This document shows, one piece after another, positions 8,775-17,295 of a DNA stretch of 64,000 nt. This DNA comes from an uncultured Chloroflexia bacterium (GTDB lineage: Bacteria > Chloroflexota > Anaerolineae > Anaerolineales > E44-bin32). The first letter of the stretch is position 1; every line of letters starts with the position of its first letter. The translations under genes and the position numbers were made by a program. The notes below the pieces were generated by a model that was given only the letters and a program-made list of their open reading frames with translations, was not told the DNA's origin and ran no database searches. The stretch covers positions 177,260 to 241,259 of the forward strand of contig CAWDZQ010000002.1 in NCBI GenBank assembly GCA_963807065.1, written 5' to 3'.

Positions 8775-10455
8775 TCAGTAGGGGAACCAATAGGCGTCAA
8801 GCTGTGCCCAGGGGGGCGTGAGCATCTCTTCGATCGGCGTGAAGATGTAGCCATTCAGGATGTGGTGATCAGAAGAGTAGGTTGTATCGGGACCAAGGGC
8901 ATAGTCCCCCCCAAAGACACAATCAAACACCACCCGGAACGAATTGGCGGGGGAAATGGCCGGATAAAGCTGCGAGTTGCAGCCCTGGGGCAGTTGATAG
9001 GTATTCAGGATGCCGATCTTGGTCAGAAGGTTCTTTTGGTCGGGGGGGTTGTCCCAGTCGAAACCGAATGCCGGTCCTGTGTCGGATCCCAGGATGATGA
9101 TGGGATCGGTGGTGAAGTCCTTAATCAAGACGTCCAGCATTTCCAGCGTGCGTTTGTTAATGTACAGGAGTTGGTCGCGATACTCACCGGCCTCCTGGGC
9201 CGCGTTCGTCGTCGGGGTGCTGTCGTCGAAGTTCAGTGCGCCTAACGGTGAGGTGCACTCACCATTCGCCCCGAAGAGATACGGCCGATGAGGCGACACA
9301 AAATGGGTGAAGACGAACTTTGGCCCCGGCAACGGCGGGATCCTCGGAAGTTGGTCAAAGGTCCAAAGCACAAGCTGCCGTTGCGCTTCGTTGCCCTCCA
9401 ACACATCCAAAGATTGGGCCAGGGCCGCCAGGCGACGCGCCCTGAGTTCATCCAACGGGAGACGGAGCCAGGTAGTGCTGATCAGGAAGGCTTCAAAGGA
9501 AGTGGGCTGAGGAATGCTCAGGCTCTGAGCCTGCCCCAAGCTGTTCTGACCCGGCGGAGGAAGAGGGGGGCCTTTTGATTGAAGTGGGCGACCATCCACT
9601 GGGGAGGGTCACGGTCCGACAGCCGAGATGTTCGAGCTGCTTGCCTACCAGGCTGTTTCGGATCGGATCGGTGAGGGGAGCCGGGTAGGTGCCAGGTGGC
9701 AGGTCGGTCCCCAGGTGGGGGAGCGTGGCCATGTTGAGGGACGACGCCAGAGAGAAGGCTGTCGACACATGATTGGCATCGCTCTTGTCGGCCACATAGC
9801 AGGCGCGCTGGCGAGCGGCCTGGATGAAGTCATGATCGTCGAACCCATACAGGTCGCGCATGACGTCTTCACAGGCAGACGAATCAATGATTTTCTAGTA
9901 GATGTCCGGCAACTGGCCTGGACCGTCTCAATGCAAGGCACCTGCCTCTGCCAACCCAGGGCTGGTGAATGCCGCCCGGCTGGAGAGCACGCCCAGGCGT
10001 GCCATAGACACGAGTGGCAGAGCGACCGCCACCACGCATGCGGCGTTGAGGAAGCTGTTGCTCGGGCCCAAACGAACAGCGGGGGTCCGCCAAGTGAGCC
10101 AAACCACACCGCCAAGGAGTCCCAGCCAAAGCAGAGTCAGATAGCGGTGACGCCCCAGCACCACACCGCCGAGGGCGTCATTTTTGATCAGGTCATAGAT
10201 CAGGCCGTAAGAGAAGAACAGAAGCAGGAACGAGCTGGCGAGAATGCCGGCCTTCAACCAGTCGCCAGCGAGACCTCGAAGGATGGGCCACAGCAGAAGT
10301 GCTCCGAGCAGGCTCAATGCCAGAGGCCGGAGCGCTTCGATCCATAGGATCTGCTGGATACTGGCGGCAACCAACCACAAGACGGGGTAAGCGGCCAAAG
10401 CCAAACGATGGATGATAAGCCGCCGCCGTGGACTTGGTCGACCTGTTGAACTCAT
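8775..10455 (-). pseudogene. membrane-anchored sulfatase/alkaline-phosphatase-superfamily protein, decayed (two in-frame stops plus one frameshift)
   Basis: Three ORF pieces fit together: 9928..10500 (polytopic membrane N-terminus), 9493..9861 and 8775..9599 (catalytic-domain-like). The first two are in the same frame but separated by TGA (9928-9930) and TAG (9895-9897), the latter inside LPDIY*KIIDS. The third piece needs a frameshift within 9493-9599. Confidence 0.65.
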
Positions 10456-10682
10456 GCCTTTTCCCCCTCCCGGATCTCGCATGCGATCCAACAGGATCAT
10501 ATATTGTTTTCATTCTCACCGTCTCAATGTTCTGGCGAGGGCCGGCCAAGCCTGGACCAAGCCGCGCTCAGCCCACATGAGACATCGGCCGTCGACGCGA
10601 AGACGGCTCCCTATTGGTCCGTCCTTGATACGGCCGATGGGGAGCCGGAATTGTCCGGAGAGCAGGAGAATGGTGGTAAGGA

Positions 10683-11057
10683 TCAGGCCAGCAGGCTGAC
10701 GGCGTGCATTCCGCAGAACCGGCACGTGCCTTCAAGCCTGGTCAGATTTCCCAGTCGATCGGCGTGCAGGGCATAGCCGGTGGCCCTGCAGTAGGGACAG
10801 CGTTCGTCAACCCTGGCCGCGCCTCCTCGTTCAACCCGGCGTGCCGCTGGTCCAAGCCGCGGCCGGGCCAAACGAGTGGTGGGCAACGTCTTGCCTGGGA
10901 TTTGACTTGGGAGTGCCGATGACAAGGACGACGTGGGCAAATCGAGGGAAGCGCAGGCTATGTGGGCTTGTTGGTCGCCGACAGATGCCTGCGACGGGAG
11001 TCCGGCGGGGGAGTGGGCCTGGATCGCTGCAATTGGTTCTGCATTTGGTTTCATCAT
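10683..11057 (-). CDS. hypothetical protein with a C-terminal CxxC...CxxC zinc-ribbon-like motif
   Basis: The 124-aa ORF has CPYC...CRFC near the C-terminus. It has no clear RBS and a low-complexity N-terminal half. Confidence 0.3.
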   Translation of the reverse strand: MMKPNAEPIAAIQAHSPAGLPSQASVGDQQAHIACASLDLPTSSLSSALPSQIPGKTLPTTRLARPRLGPAARRVERGGAARVDERCPYCRATGYALHADRLGNLTRLEGTCRFCGMHAVSLLA

Positions 11058-11231
11058 GAGAACACAATAGCCCAGCGAAATTAAGCATCCGTGAAGGCGT
11101 CGTTAAGCCTCCATAAACGCCAGCCCGCCCTTGGCCGGAGATCCAGATGACAATGCGCATGCCCAATCGGGGGATATGGATCTTCGCAAGCCTCGGGTGC
11201 GTTCGCCACCAAGACTGACTAACCGACGATT

Positions 11232-11247
11232 TGTGATTTTCTTCACT
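11232..11247. promoter_or_regulatory. CRP/FNR-type site TGTGA-N6-TCACT (one mismatch) upstream of bfr
   Basis: The sequence is cgatTTGTGAttttctTCACTagc, centred about 33 bp upstream of a TATAGA -10-like hexamer (11272-11277) and 64 nt upstream of the bfr ATG. Confidence 0.5.
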
Positions 11248-11303
11248 AGCCACCGGCCGGCAGATGCGTCAGTATAGAGGCGAGATGAAAGGAGCATCAA
11301 CCA

Positions 11304-11774
11304 ATGAAGAGCGAACCCAAACTGATCGACACCCTCAATGAACTGTTGGCCGATGAACTCACCGCCATCAGCCAGTATATGGTGCACTCGGAAATGTGCG
11401 CCCACTGGGGCTTTGGGGGTCTGCATGAGGCAATTGAGTCCCAGGCCAAGGATGAGATGCACCACGCCGAATGGCTGATTGAGCGCATCCTGTTCTTGGA
11501 GGGCATGCCGGTGGTCACCAACTTGAGGCCGATGAAGATCGGCAGCACGGTGGAACAGATCATCGCCGGTGACCAGGAAGCCGAGATGGGTGCCGTCAAG
11601 GCGTATAACGCCGGCATTGCCCTGGCCAGCGGCCAAGCGGATGAAGCCACGGCGGACTTGCTGACGGAAATCTTGAAGATGGAAGAGGGCCACGTCGACT
11701 GGGCCGAGAAGCAGCGAACTCTGATGGCCCAAATGGGCACGGAGAACTACCTGGCGACCCAACTCGAAGAATAG
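11304..11774 (+). CDS. bfr: bacterioferritin
   Basis: The 156-aa ORF has ferroxidase-centre ligands in the Bfr pattern (LNELLADELTAISQYMVH, AKDEMHHAEWLIERILFLEG, LKMEEGHVDW). AAAGGAG lies upstream of the ATG. Confidence 0.92.
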   Translation: MKSEPKLIDTLNELLADELTAISQYMVHSEMCAHWGFGGLHEAIESQAKDEMHHAEWLIERILFLEGMPVVTNLRPMKIGSTVEQIIAGDQEAEMGAVKAYNAGIALASGQADEATADLLTEILKMEEGHVDWAEKQRTLMAQMGTENYLATQLEE

Positions 11775-11825
11775 GCCGAAACACCACCTAATGGCCTTGC
11801 GGCGGCATCTCCGGTGACCGGCCGC

Positions 11826-11859
11826 AGAACCGGGCGCCCTTATCAGGGCGCCCGGTTCT
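11826..11859. terminator. bidirectional hairpin between convergent bfr and the PEP-binding-domain gene
   Basis: agaaccgggcgccc-ttatca-gggcgcccggttct forms a perfect 14-bp stem. It overlaps the TAG of the minus-strand gene. Confidence 0.6.
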
Positions 11860-14059
11860 ATTCCGGAGTCGAGTCCTGCCGTTGAGACGCCGCGGGGTCT
11901 TGCCGGGCAGAGTCAGCCGCCAGGAAGATCGCCGCCCGATTGCGATCGCTGTCCATCACCAGGTCCATGTGATGCCCCGGGCGGTAGGTCGCCACTTCGA
12001 TCATGCGCAAGATGCCGCCAAATGACAAGTCGGGGCCGGCCCTTTCAGCCAACGCGCTGGGGGCGGCGTAGAAGAACTCGTGCCGGAAGATGTTATCTTC
12101 CTCTTCGATCGGAACAGCGAGAGGGTAAATCGCGGCTTCCATCAGGTCCTGGAAGAAATGTGTCCCAAGCGAAGCATCCGGAGCTACGCCCATGCCATCC
12201 CCTGAGAGCTCGACCAGGGCACCTGCGTTGCAGATATCGGCATAGCTGACGCTTACACCCAGATCCGGATTGGTCGAACCCCAACGGCCGGGGCCGACAC
12301 AGATGAATGACTTTGGCTCAAGCTCGGCGTTCAACTGCGAGATGGCGGCGGTTAGTGCGGAGCGGGCAGCCGGGGTGGCCATGGTCATATATCTCTTGGG
12401 ATCCACGAAAAGCACGTGACGAATCCCGGAGAGTCTTCCCTGGGGAACCATGAACCCGGTCGAGAGAACCACGTCCTCTTCCCGGAGATCTTCGGGGAGG
12501 CTGGCAGGCGCCGCTGTGGAGATCTGGCTCAGCGGCCGACATTGCAGCAGGGCGATGTCGACCTGTGGCGTTGGGCCGGCCCCCCTCACCCGCAGCGTGA
12601 ACTCCACATCCACCGGCACGCCATAATGCTGCTCCAGATTCTGCAGCAACGACTTCATCATAGGCACCAGCGGCGTCCTACGGAGCAACCCGTCGAACGT
12701 GATGGTGAACTTGGACACGTCGTCACGCCCGATCAAACCCATCGGTGGCCTAAGGTACTCATCCTCGGCCAGTTCGACCAGATAGTTCAAGCCGGGATAG
12801 TTCGGCCGAAGAACGTCGTGGACCGGCTTCGAGGCCAGGCTGTTTGTCTGCATTTCGATCACGTCTACGAACTGCTGCGAGTAGCGTCGGATGGCCTGCG
12901 GCGAGTCATCCGGATGCAGTGTTGGATGGCTAAGCGCCACAATCCTCGGGTAGTCGTTGCCCACCCGCTCCACGGCGCGGGTGCCCAGACCCCAAACCAG
13001 CCGCATGAAGCCATCTTCGCGCCGGATTTGAGGCGCCCAGCGATAGAAATTGCGGCTGAATGCGACACCCGCTGCAAATGGGAAATACGCCTGCTCCCAG
13101 GCTTCACCTTGAACCTGCTGAATGAGGACCGCCATGCGTTCGTCGTAGTCCTGCAAACCCTTGCTGCGCCGGTACAGCAGCGGGTCCGGCTTGAACGTGC
13201 TGGCGTACGTCAAGGCGATAGCGCGCGTCAGGGCCTTCAGGTTTTGTTCCGGTGACCCCTGATTGGGGCAGAAGTGGCTGTCGTACTTGCCGGCAAACGA
13301 AGTCCCCAAGCTGTCTTCCAGCTGGCTCGACGATCGGACGATGAGGGGGCACGACCCTATGGTCTCAAGCATGTCTCGGAAGGCGTCAAGCGCTTCCGGA
13401 GGAAAGTCGCCCGCCTCGAATTCCTGGCGGATCGACGGATAGTCGGACTTGATCTGGTGATCCGGCTTGTACTTTTGGTCGGTCCAGTGCGTCAGTCCAT
13501 TCATGGCCATAAAGACGTACATCAGCTCCGAGCCGATGAAGAACGATTCCGGAACATGGACGTGGGCCCTGAGATCTTCCGAGCCAACCTGCTCCAAGAT
13601 TTTCCCGGCCAGCAGCATGCCGGCCGACTTACCGCCGATACGGCCGTGGCCAATGCGGTGACGGTAGACGTCGGCCAGATCCTCGACCGTCAGCCAGCGC
13701 TTGGCGATGTCAATGTAGTCCAAGCGATCGCTGATCAAGCGGCGGATCAGCGTCACTTTGAGTTCGGTAAGGTGGGGTTCGAGCGGCGCGCGCTCATCGG
13801 AGGACAAGCGCTCGATCTTGAGTGCGTGCTCGATGAGCTTGTTCTCCGGGATCAGCTCCGGTTCGAAGACATCCGGCAGCGTATAGGCCTGCCGCACAGG
13901 CGGCGCCGGGGCTGCTAAGGCAGTCAGTTCGTCACCGCGCTGCCAAAGCGTGACTATCAGGTCCGGTCTGTCCAGCAGCCCCGCCACCCCCCGGTGCTGC
14001 CGAATATCCCGATCGTCCAGAAACTGGATGTCCAGCGTGAAGCAGTCCGAAATCGGCAT
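11858..14059 (-). CDS. PEP/pyruvate-binding (ATP-grasp, PpsA N-terminal-like) domain protein
   Basis: The 733-aa ORF has GGKSAGMLLAGKIL and RSSSQLEDSLGTSFAGKYDS motifs typical of the PEP-utilising-enzyme nucleotide-binding domain. I did not recognise a canonical phosphohistidine swivel domain. Confidence 0.8.
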   Translation of the reverse strand: MPISDCFTLDIQFLDDRDIRQHRGVAGLLDRPDLIVTLWQRGDELTALAAPAPPVRQAYTLPDVFEPELIPENKLIEHALKIERLSSDERAPLEPHLTELKVTLIRRLISDRLDYIDIAKRWLTVEDLADVYRHRIGHGRIGGKSAGMLLAGKILEQVGSEDLRAHVHVPESFFIGSELMYVFMAMNGLTHWTDQKYKPDHQIKSDYPSIRQEFEAGDFPPEALDAFRDMLETIGSCPLIVRSSSQLEDSLGTSFAGKYDSHFCPNQGSPEQNLKALTRAIALTYASTFKPDPLLYRRSKGLQDYDERMAVLIQQVQGEAWEQAYFPFAAGVAFSRNFYRWAPQIRREDGFMRLVWGLGTRAVERVGNDYPRIVALSHPTLHPDDSPQAIRRYSQQFVDVIEMQTNSLASKPVHDVLRPNYPGLNYLVELAEDEYLRPPMGLIGRDDVSKFTITFDGLLRRTPLVPMMKSLLQNLEQHYGVPVDVEFTLRVRGAGPTPQVDIALLQCRPLSQISTAAPASLPEDLREEDVVLSTGFMVPQGRLSGIRHVLFVDPKRYMTMATPAARSALTAAISQLNAELEPKSFICVGPGRWGSTNPDLGVSVSYADICNAGALVELSGDGMGVAPDASLGTHFFQDLMEAAIYPLAVPIEEEDNIFRHEFFYAAPSALAERAGPDLSFGGILRMIEVATYRPGHHMDLVMDSDRNRAAIFLAADSARQDPAASQRQDSTPE

Positions 14060-14426
14060 TTGGACACCCGAGCTGTCGCCGAGACTGCGCCAGGGCGGCT
14101 TCGATCTGCCCAGCCCGGGCCGATTGTGAGTCGCACTTGGATTCCACCCACAACCCCAGGTGGATTGCGGCCGCCAGGCGCGGGTCGTCCGGCGTGCCGG
14201 CGAGGCCAGCCTGGAGGTTGACTTGAAATACCGCTTTCAGACCCTGAAATTCGCGCTCGAGGTGTTTAGACAACGGGGAACACAGCGCCCGCGACAGGCA
14301 GGCGCAGTGGGCACACTCGCCCCGAAGCAACGCCAGCCGAATCCGGCGTTCATCCCCAGAGAAGTGCACGGCGGCACAGGTCTCCACCGCCTGCCGCACC
14401 ATGCTGTCGGCCAAGCGCGCGTCCAT
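13932..14426 (-). CDS. hypothetical ORF, possibly the frameshifted N-terminal extension of the PEP-binding-domain protein
   Basis: The ORF from MDARL (14426) overlaps the downstream gene by 128 nt in another frame. Its tail after ...QSRRQLG looks non-proteinaceous. A single shift near 14050-14075 would fuse the two. Confidence 0.35.
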   Translation of the reverse strand: MDARLADSMVRQAVETCAAVHFSGDERRIRLALLRGECAHCACLSRALCSPLSKHLEREFQGLKAVFQVNLQAGLAGTPDDPRLAAAIHLGLWVESKCDSQSARAGQIEAALAQSRRQLGCPNADFGLLHAGHPVSGRSGYSAAPGGGGAAGQTGPDSHALAAR

Positions 14427-14443
14427 CGGTTCACCTTCTGCTT

Positions 14444-14475
14444 CAGGGGTCAGGCCCGGGCGGGCCTGACCCCTG
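14444..14475 (-). terminator. perfect 14-bp GC-rich hairpin downstream of gdhA
   Basis: caggggtcaggccc-gggc-gggcctgacccctg lies about 60 nt after the gdhA stop. There is no U tract. Confidence 0.5.
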
Positions 14476-14533
14476 GTTTCACCTCTGCAATCTACAGCGC
14501 CAGGGCCCACCACCCATGGCCGGCATCCGCGCC

Positions 14534-15892
14534 TCAGACCACCCCGAAGGCAAGCATGGCGTTGGCGACCTTCAGGTAACCAGCGATGTTGGCCCCGGTT
14601 AGGTAGTCTCCCGGCTTGCCGTAGGCTTCGGCTGCCTCAAGAGATGCCTTGTGGATGCTCTTCATGATCCCGTGCAGACGTTTGTCGACCTCTTCCCGGT
14701 CCCAGGACAAACGCATGCTGTTTTGGGCCATCTCAAGACCGGAGGTGGCCACGCCGCCGGCGTTGGCAGCCTTGGCCGGGCCGTAGAGCAGGCCATTGTC
14801 TTGATAGATCTTGATCGCTTCCAGATCGGAAGGCATGTTGGCGCCCTCCGACACGCAGATGCAGCCGTTGGTCACCAGAGCCTGGGCCAGGTCGGCGTCA
14901 ATTTCATTTTGCGTCGCCGATGGGAATGCCAGTTCGGCGTTGATTCCCTCGTCTTTGGCCACTTCCCAGACGCTCTTGCCGTCGTGGTAGGTCACGCCTG
15001 TGAACTTGTCGGCGTACTCCTTGATGCGGCCGCGGCGAACGTTCTTCAGATCCAAAACGAACTTCAGCTTGTCCCGATCGATGCCTTCTTCGTCGACGAT
15101 GGTGCCCGTCGAGTCCGACAGGGTGATCGGCTTACCGCCCAAGTCGAGCAGCTTCTCCACCGTGTACTGGGCCACGTTCCCCGAGCCGCTGACGATGGCG
15201 GTCTTGCCCTTGATCTCCTGCGTGCGCGTGGCGAGCATCTCAGCCGCAAAATACACCGCACCATAGCCGGTGGCCTCGGGTCGGATCAGGCTCCCTCCGT
15301 ACTCGAGTCCTTTGCCTGTGAGCACACTGGCATTGTTGTTGACGATCTTCTTGTAGATGCCGTACAGGTAGCCGATCTCGCGCCCGCCGACGCCGATATC
15401 GCCGGCTGGGACATCCGTGTCGGGGCCGATATGGCGATAGAGCTCCATCATGAAGGACTGGCAGAAGCGCATGACTTCACCGTCCGACTTGCCTTTGGGA
15501 TCGAAGTCCGAACCGCCTTTGCCACCGCCCATGGGCAGGGTCGTGAGCGCATTCTTGAAGATCTGTTCAAACCCCAAGAACTTGATGATCCCCAGGTTGA
15601 CCGACGGATGAAGTCGAAGGCCGCCCTTATAGGGGCCAATGGCGTTGCTGAACTGCACCCGATAGCCCCGGTTGACCTGCACTTCGCCTTTATCATCGAC
15701 CCAGGGAACACGGAACAAGATCACGCGGTCCGGGATGACCAACCTTTGCAGGATTTTGGCTTTGGTGAATTCGGGATGCCTGTCGACCGTCGGTTCCAGG
15801 GTGGTCAAGACCTCCTTGACCGCCTGGTGAAACTGGGGTTGGCCGGGCTCTTTCTCCTGAACCGATGCGATCACATCTTGAATCAAGGACAT
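14534..15892 (-). CDS. gdhA: NADP-specific glutamate dehydrogenase
   Basis: The 452-aa ORF has GDH signatures (GPYKGGLRLHPSVN, LPMGGGKGGSDFDPKGKS, GVGGREIGYL) and a Rossmann GSGNVAQ. Confidence 0.95.
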   Translation of the reverse strand: MSLIQDVIASVQEKEPGQPQFHQAVKEVLTTLEPTVDRHPEFTKAKILQRLVIPDRVILFRVPWVDDKGEVQVNRGYRVQFSNAIGPYKGGLRLHPSVNLGIIKFLGFEQIFKNALTTLPMGGGKGGSDFDPKGKSDGEVMRFCQSFMMELYRHIGPDTDVPAGDIGVGGREIGYLYGIYKKIVNNNASVLTGKGLEYGGSLIRPEATGYGAVYFAAEMLATRTQEIKGKTAIVSGSGNVAQYTVEKLLDLGGKPITLSDSTGTIVDEEGIDRDKLKFVLDLKNVRRGRIKEYADKFTGVTYHDGKSVWEVAKDEGINAELAFPSATQNEIDADLAQALVTNGCICVSEGANMPSDLEAIKIYQDNGLLYGPAKAANAGGVATSGLEMAQNSMRLSWDREEVDKRLHGIMKSIHKASLEAAEAYGKPGDYLTGANIAGYLKVANAMLAFGVV

Positions 15893-16132
15893 GGTTTCAC
15901 TCCTGGTGCGAACAGCGGCCGCTTCGAACTTGGCGGCCAGAATCCGGTGTCTCTGCGTGACATAAGCTGCTGCAAGTGATGTGGCCGTGACGAGAGAGAC
16001 GGCAAGCTGGCGCGTCGAAGGATCGCCCCCATTCCACCGGCACGTCGGCTAGGCTCGAGGGCTTCGGGTCACCTCCTGTCCAAGTCTCGATCGATACTCA
16101 GCGAAACCTCGGACGACACGGCATCTTTGAAG

Positions 16133-16350
16133 AAAAAAAACGACCAGCTGAGCCTTGTGGGGCAGCTGGCCATGGATCACGCCGGGATGTGGCTTGCAAC
16201 CGATAGGCGAAAATAAGCCCGCCTCGCAGATCAGGCAACTCTGAATGACCCGAGGTCCTACCATTGTGTACCACGTCCAAAGGATACCCCCAGAAACCGA
16301 TCCGGACCAGGAAACCTGACGGCTGCGCAGGGTTCCACATTCGAGAGTAT
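16133..16350 (-). ncRNA. candidate structured small RNA or cis-regulatory leader ending in a canonical intrinsic terminator
   Basis: About 330 nt of the region between DinB (stop 16460) and gdhA (start 15892) has no credible ORF. On the minus strand CCAGCUG-N12-CAGCUGG is followed by U8 (16133-16170). Upstream segments (GCAGC, UGGUCCGGAUC) can pair with GAUCCAUGGCCA-GCUGC, which overlaps the terminator's left arm. The 5' end is not defined. Confidence 0.3.
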
Positions 16351-16459
16351 GCCGGGGTCCGGGGACTCTCTAATGAGAGAAGTCACCCCCGCCTTCGCTG
16401 AACGTCACAACCGAAGCTCATGCCTGGGCAGGATCAAGAACGGCCCCCGGGCCGGGAGC

Positions 16460-16966
16460 CTATGCGGGGCGGAAAGGGGCCTCGCCATCAAGATCGCCCA
16501 CAAACACCGGAAGCCCGGTATGGCCAAGCACTTGCCGCACAGCCTGGTTTTCGCCCGTGTGATACCAGTAGTGGTAGATGACTCTGAGCAACAGCGAGCC
16601 GAGGGTGAAGGCCCTCTCCTTCCCGTGAATGACGAGCGGTTGGGGCAGCGCCTCCGGAGAAAGCCCGTCGAGCCACGGGTCCACGGCTTGTGTGATCAAT
16701 TCCCACACCGCGAGCATCTCGCTGAATGCTGGCGTGCTGGCCGGTGATCCGTAAGAGAAGGCCTCGTCGATTTCCGGGTAAGGCTGAAGCTCCTGGGTGA
16801 ACGTGAGGAAGTAGCGCTGCTCTTGGGCGGCCAGGTGGCCCACATTCCAGCTGATGCAGTTCATCGGCATCAGGCGGCGAGCGGCGTCGTCATCACTCAC
16901 CCCTTCTACACCCCGGCGGAACTCCTGCCGGGTGAATCTCAGTTGATCGACGAGAGGATGGGGCAT
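16460..16966 (-). CDS. DinB-family (DinB_2-like) metal-binding protein
   Basis: The start at 16966 (MPHPLV) has GGAGG 7 nt upstream. The sequence is four-helix-bundle-like with His motifs (WNVGHLAAQEQ, YHYWYHTGE). Confidence 0.8.
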   Translation of the reverse strand: MPHPLVDQLRFTRQEFRRGVEGVSDDDAARRLMPMNCISWNVGHLAAQEQRYFLTFTQELQPYPEIDEAFSYGSPASTPAFSEMLAVWELITQAVDPWLDGLSPEALPQPLVIHGKERAFTLGSLLLRVIYHYWYHTGENQAVRQVLGHTGLPVFVGDLDGEAPFRPA

Positions 16967-17255
16967 AGCCGAGCCTCCGAATTCAGCCGTCAAGCGTCCG
17001 AAGAGAAGAATACCACCCGTCATAGGACGCTCTGACCGGGCTCCGCCCCTCCGGAAGAAACATCTGACTTGGATGGGTATTCTAGCTTGTTTGAGCGGCC
17101 TGGCCATCACGGACCCTTGGAAGACATCTTTCGCCTTGGGGCTGGAGCCATCCCGGGTGTAGGCCGGAGTTTCAGGTCGTACGACGGCTGTGTCTCGGCC
17201 GATGATCAGCTGAAGACCGGCGGCCTTTGCCCCTCGATGCTCGCTGATGGGGGAC

Positions 17256-17273
17256 GGCAACGCGACCGTTGCC
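17256..17273 (-). terminator. short GC hairpin after the helicase gene
   Basis: ggcaacg-cgac-cgttgcc forms a 7-bp stem about 25 nt after the stop at 17296. It is weak and has no U tract. Confidence 0.3.
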
Positions 17274-17295
17274 CGGCCGACTTTCTGGCTTGAAG

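Noticed and set aside
9895-9930. In-frame TAG and TGA in the sulfatase-like gene as possible evidence of stop-codon recoding (Sec/Pyl or an alternative code).
   Set aside because: They are confined to one gene that also carries a frameshift. All other genes in the window terminate normally at TGA, TAG or TAA at family-typical lengths. I noticed no SECIS-like or PYLIS-like context.
16160-16200. The plus-strand match GCCGGGAUGUGGCU resembles the 3' half of E. coli 4.5S RNA (GCCGGGAUGUAGCUGGCAGGG). In the same element, a GUGGUAC stretch resembles a T-box, GGUCCGGAUCGG resembles a ykkC motif, and CCUGAUCUG resembles a TPP-riboswitch motif.
   Set aside because: These are isolated 7-14-nt resemblances without the partner motifs or the correct order and spacing. 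None of the family architectures could be completed.
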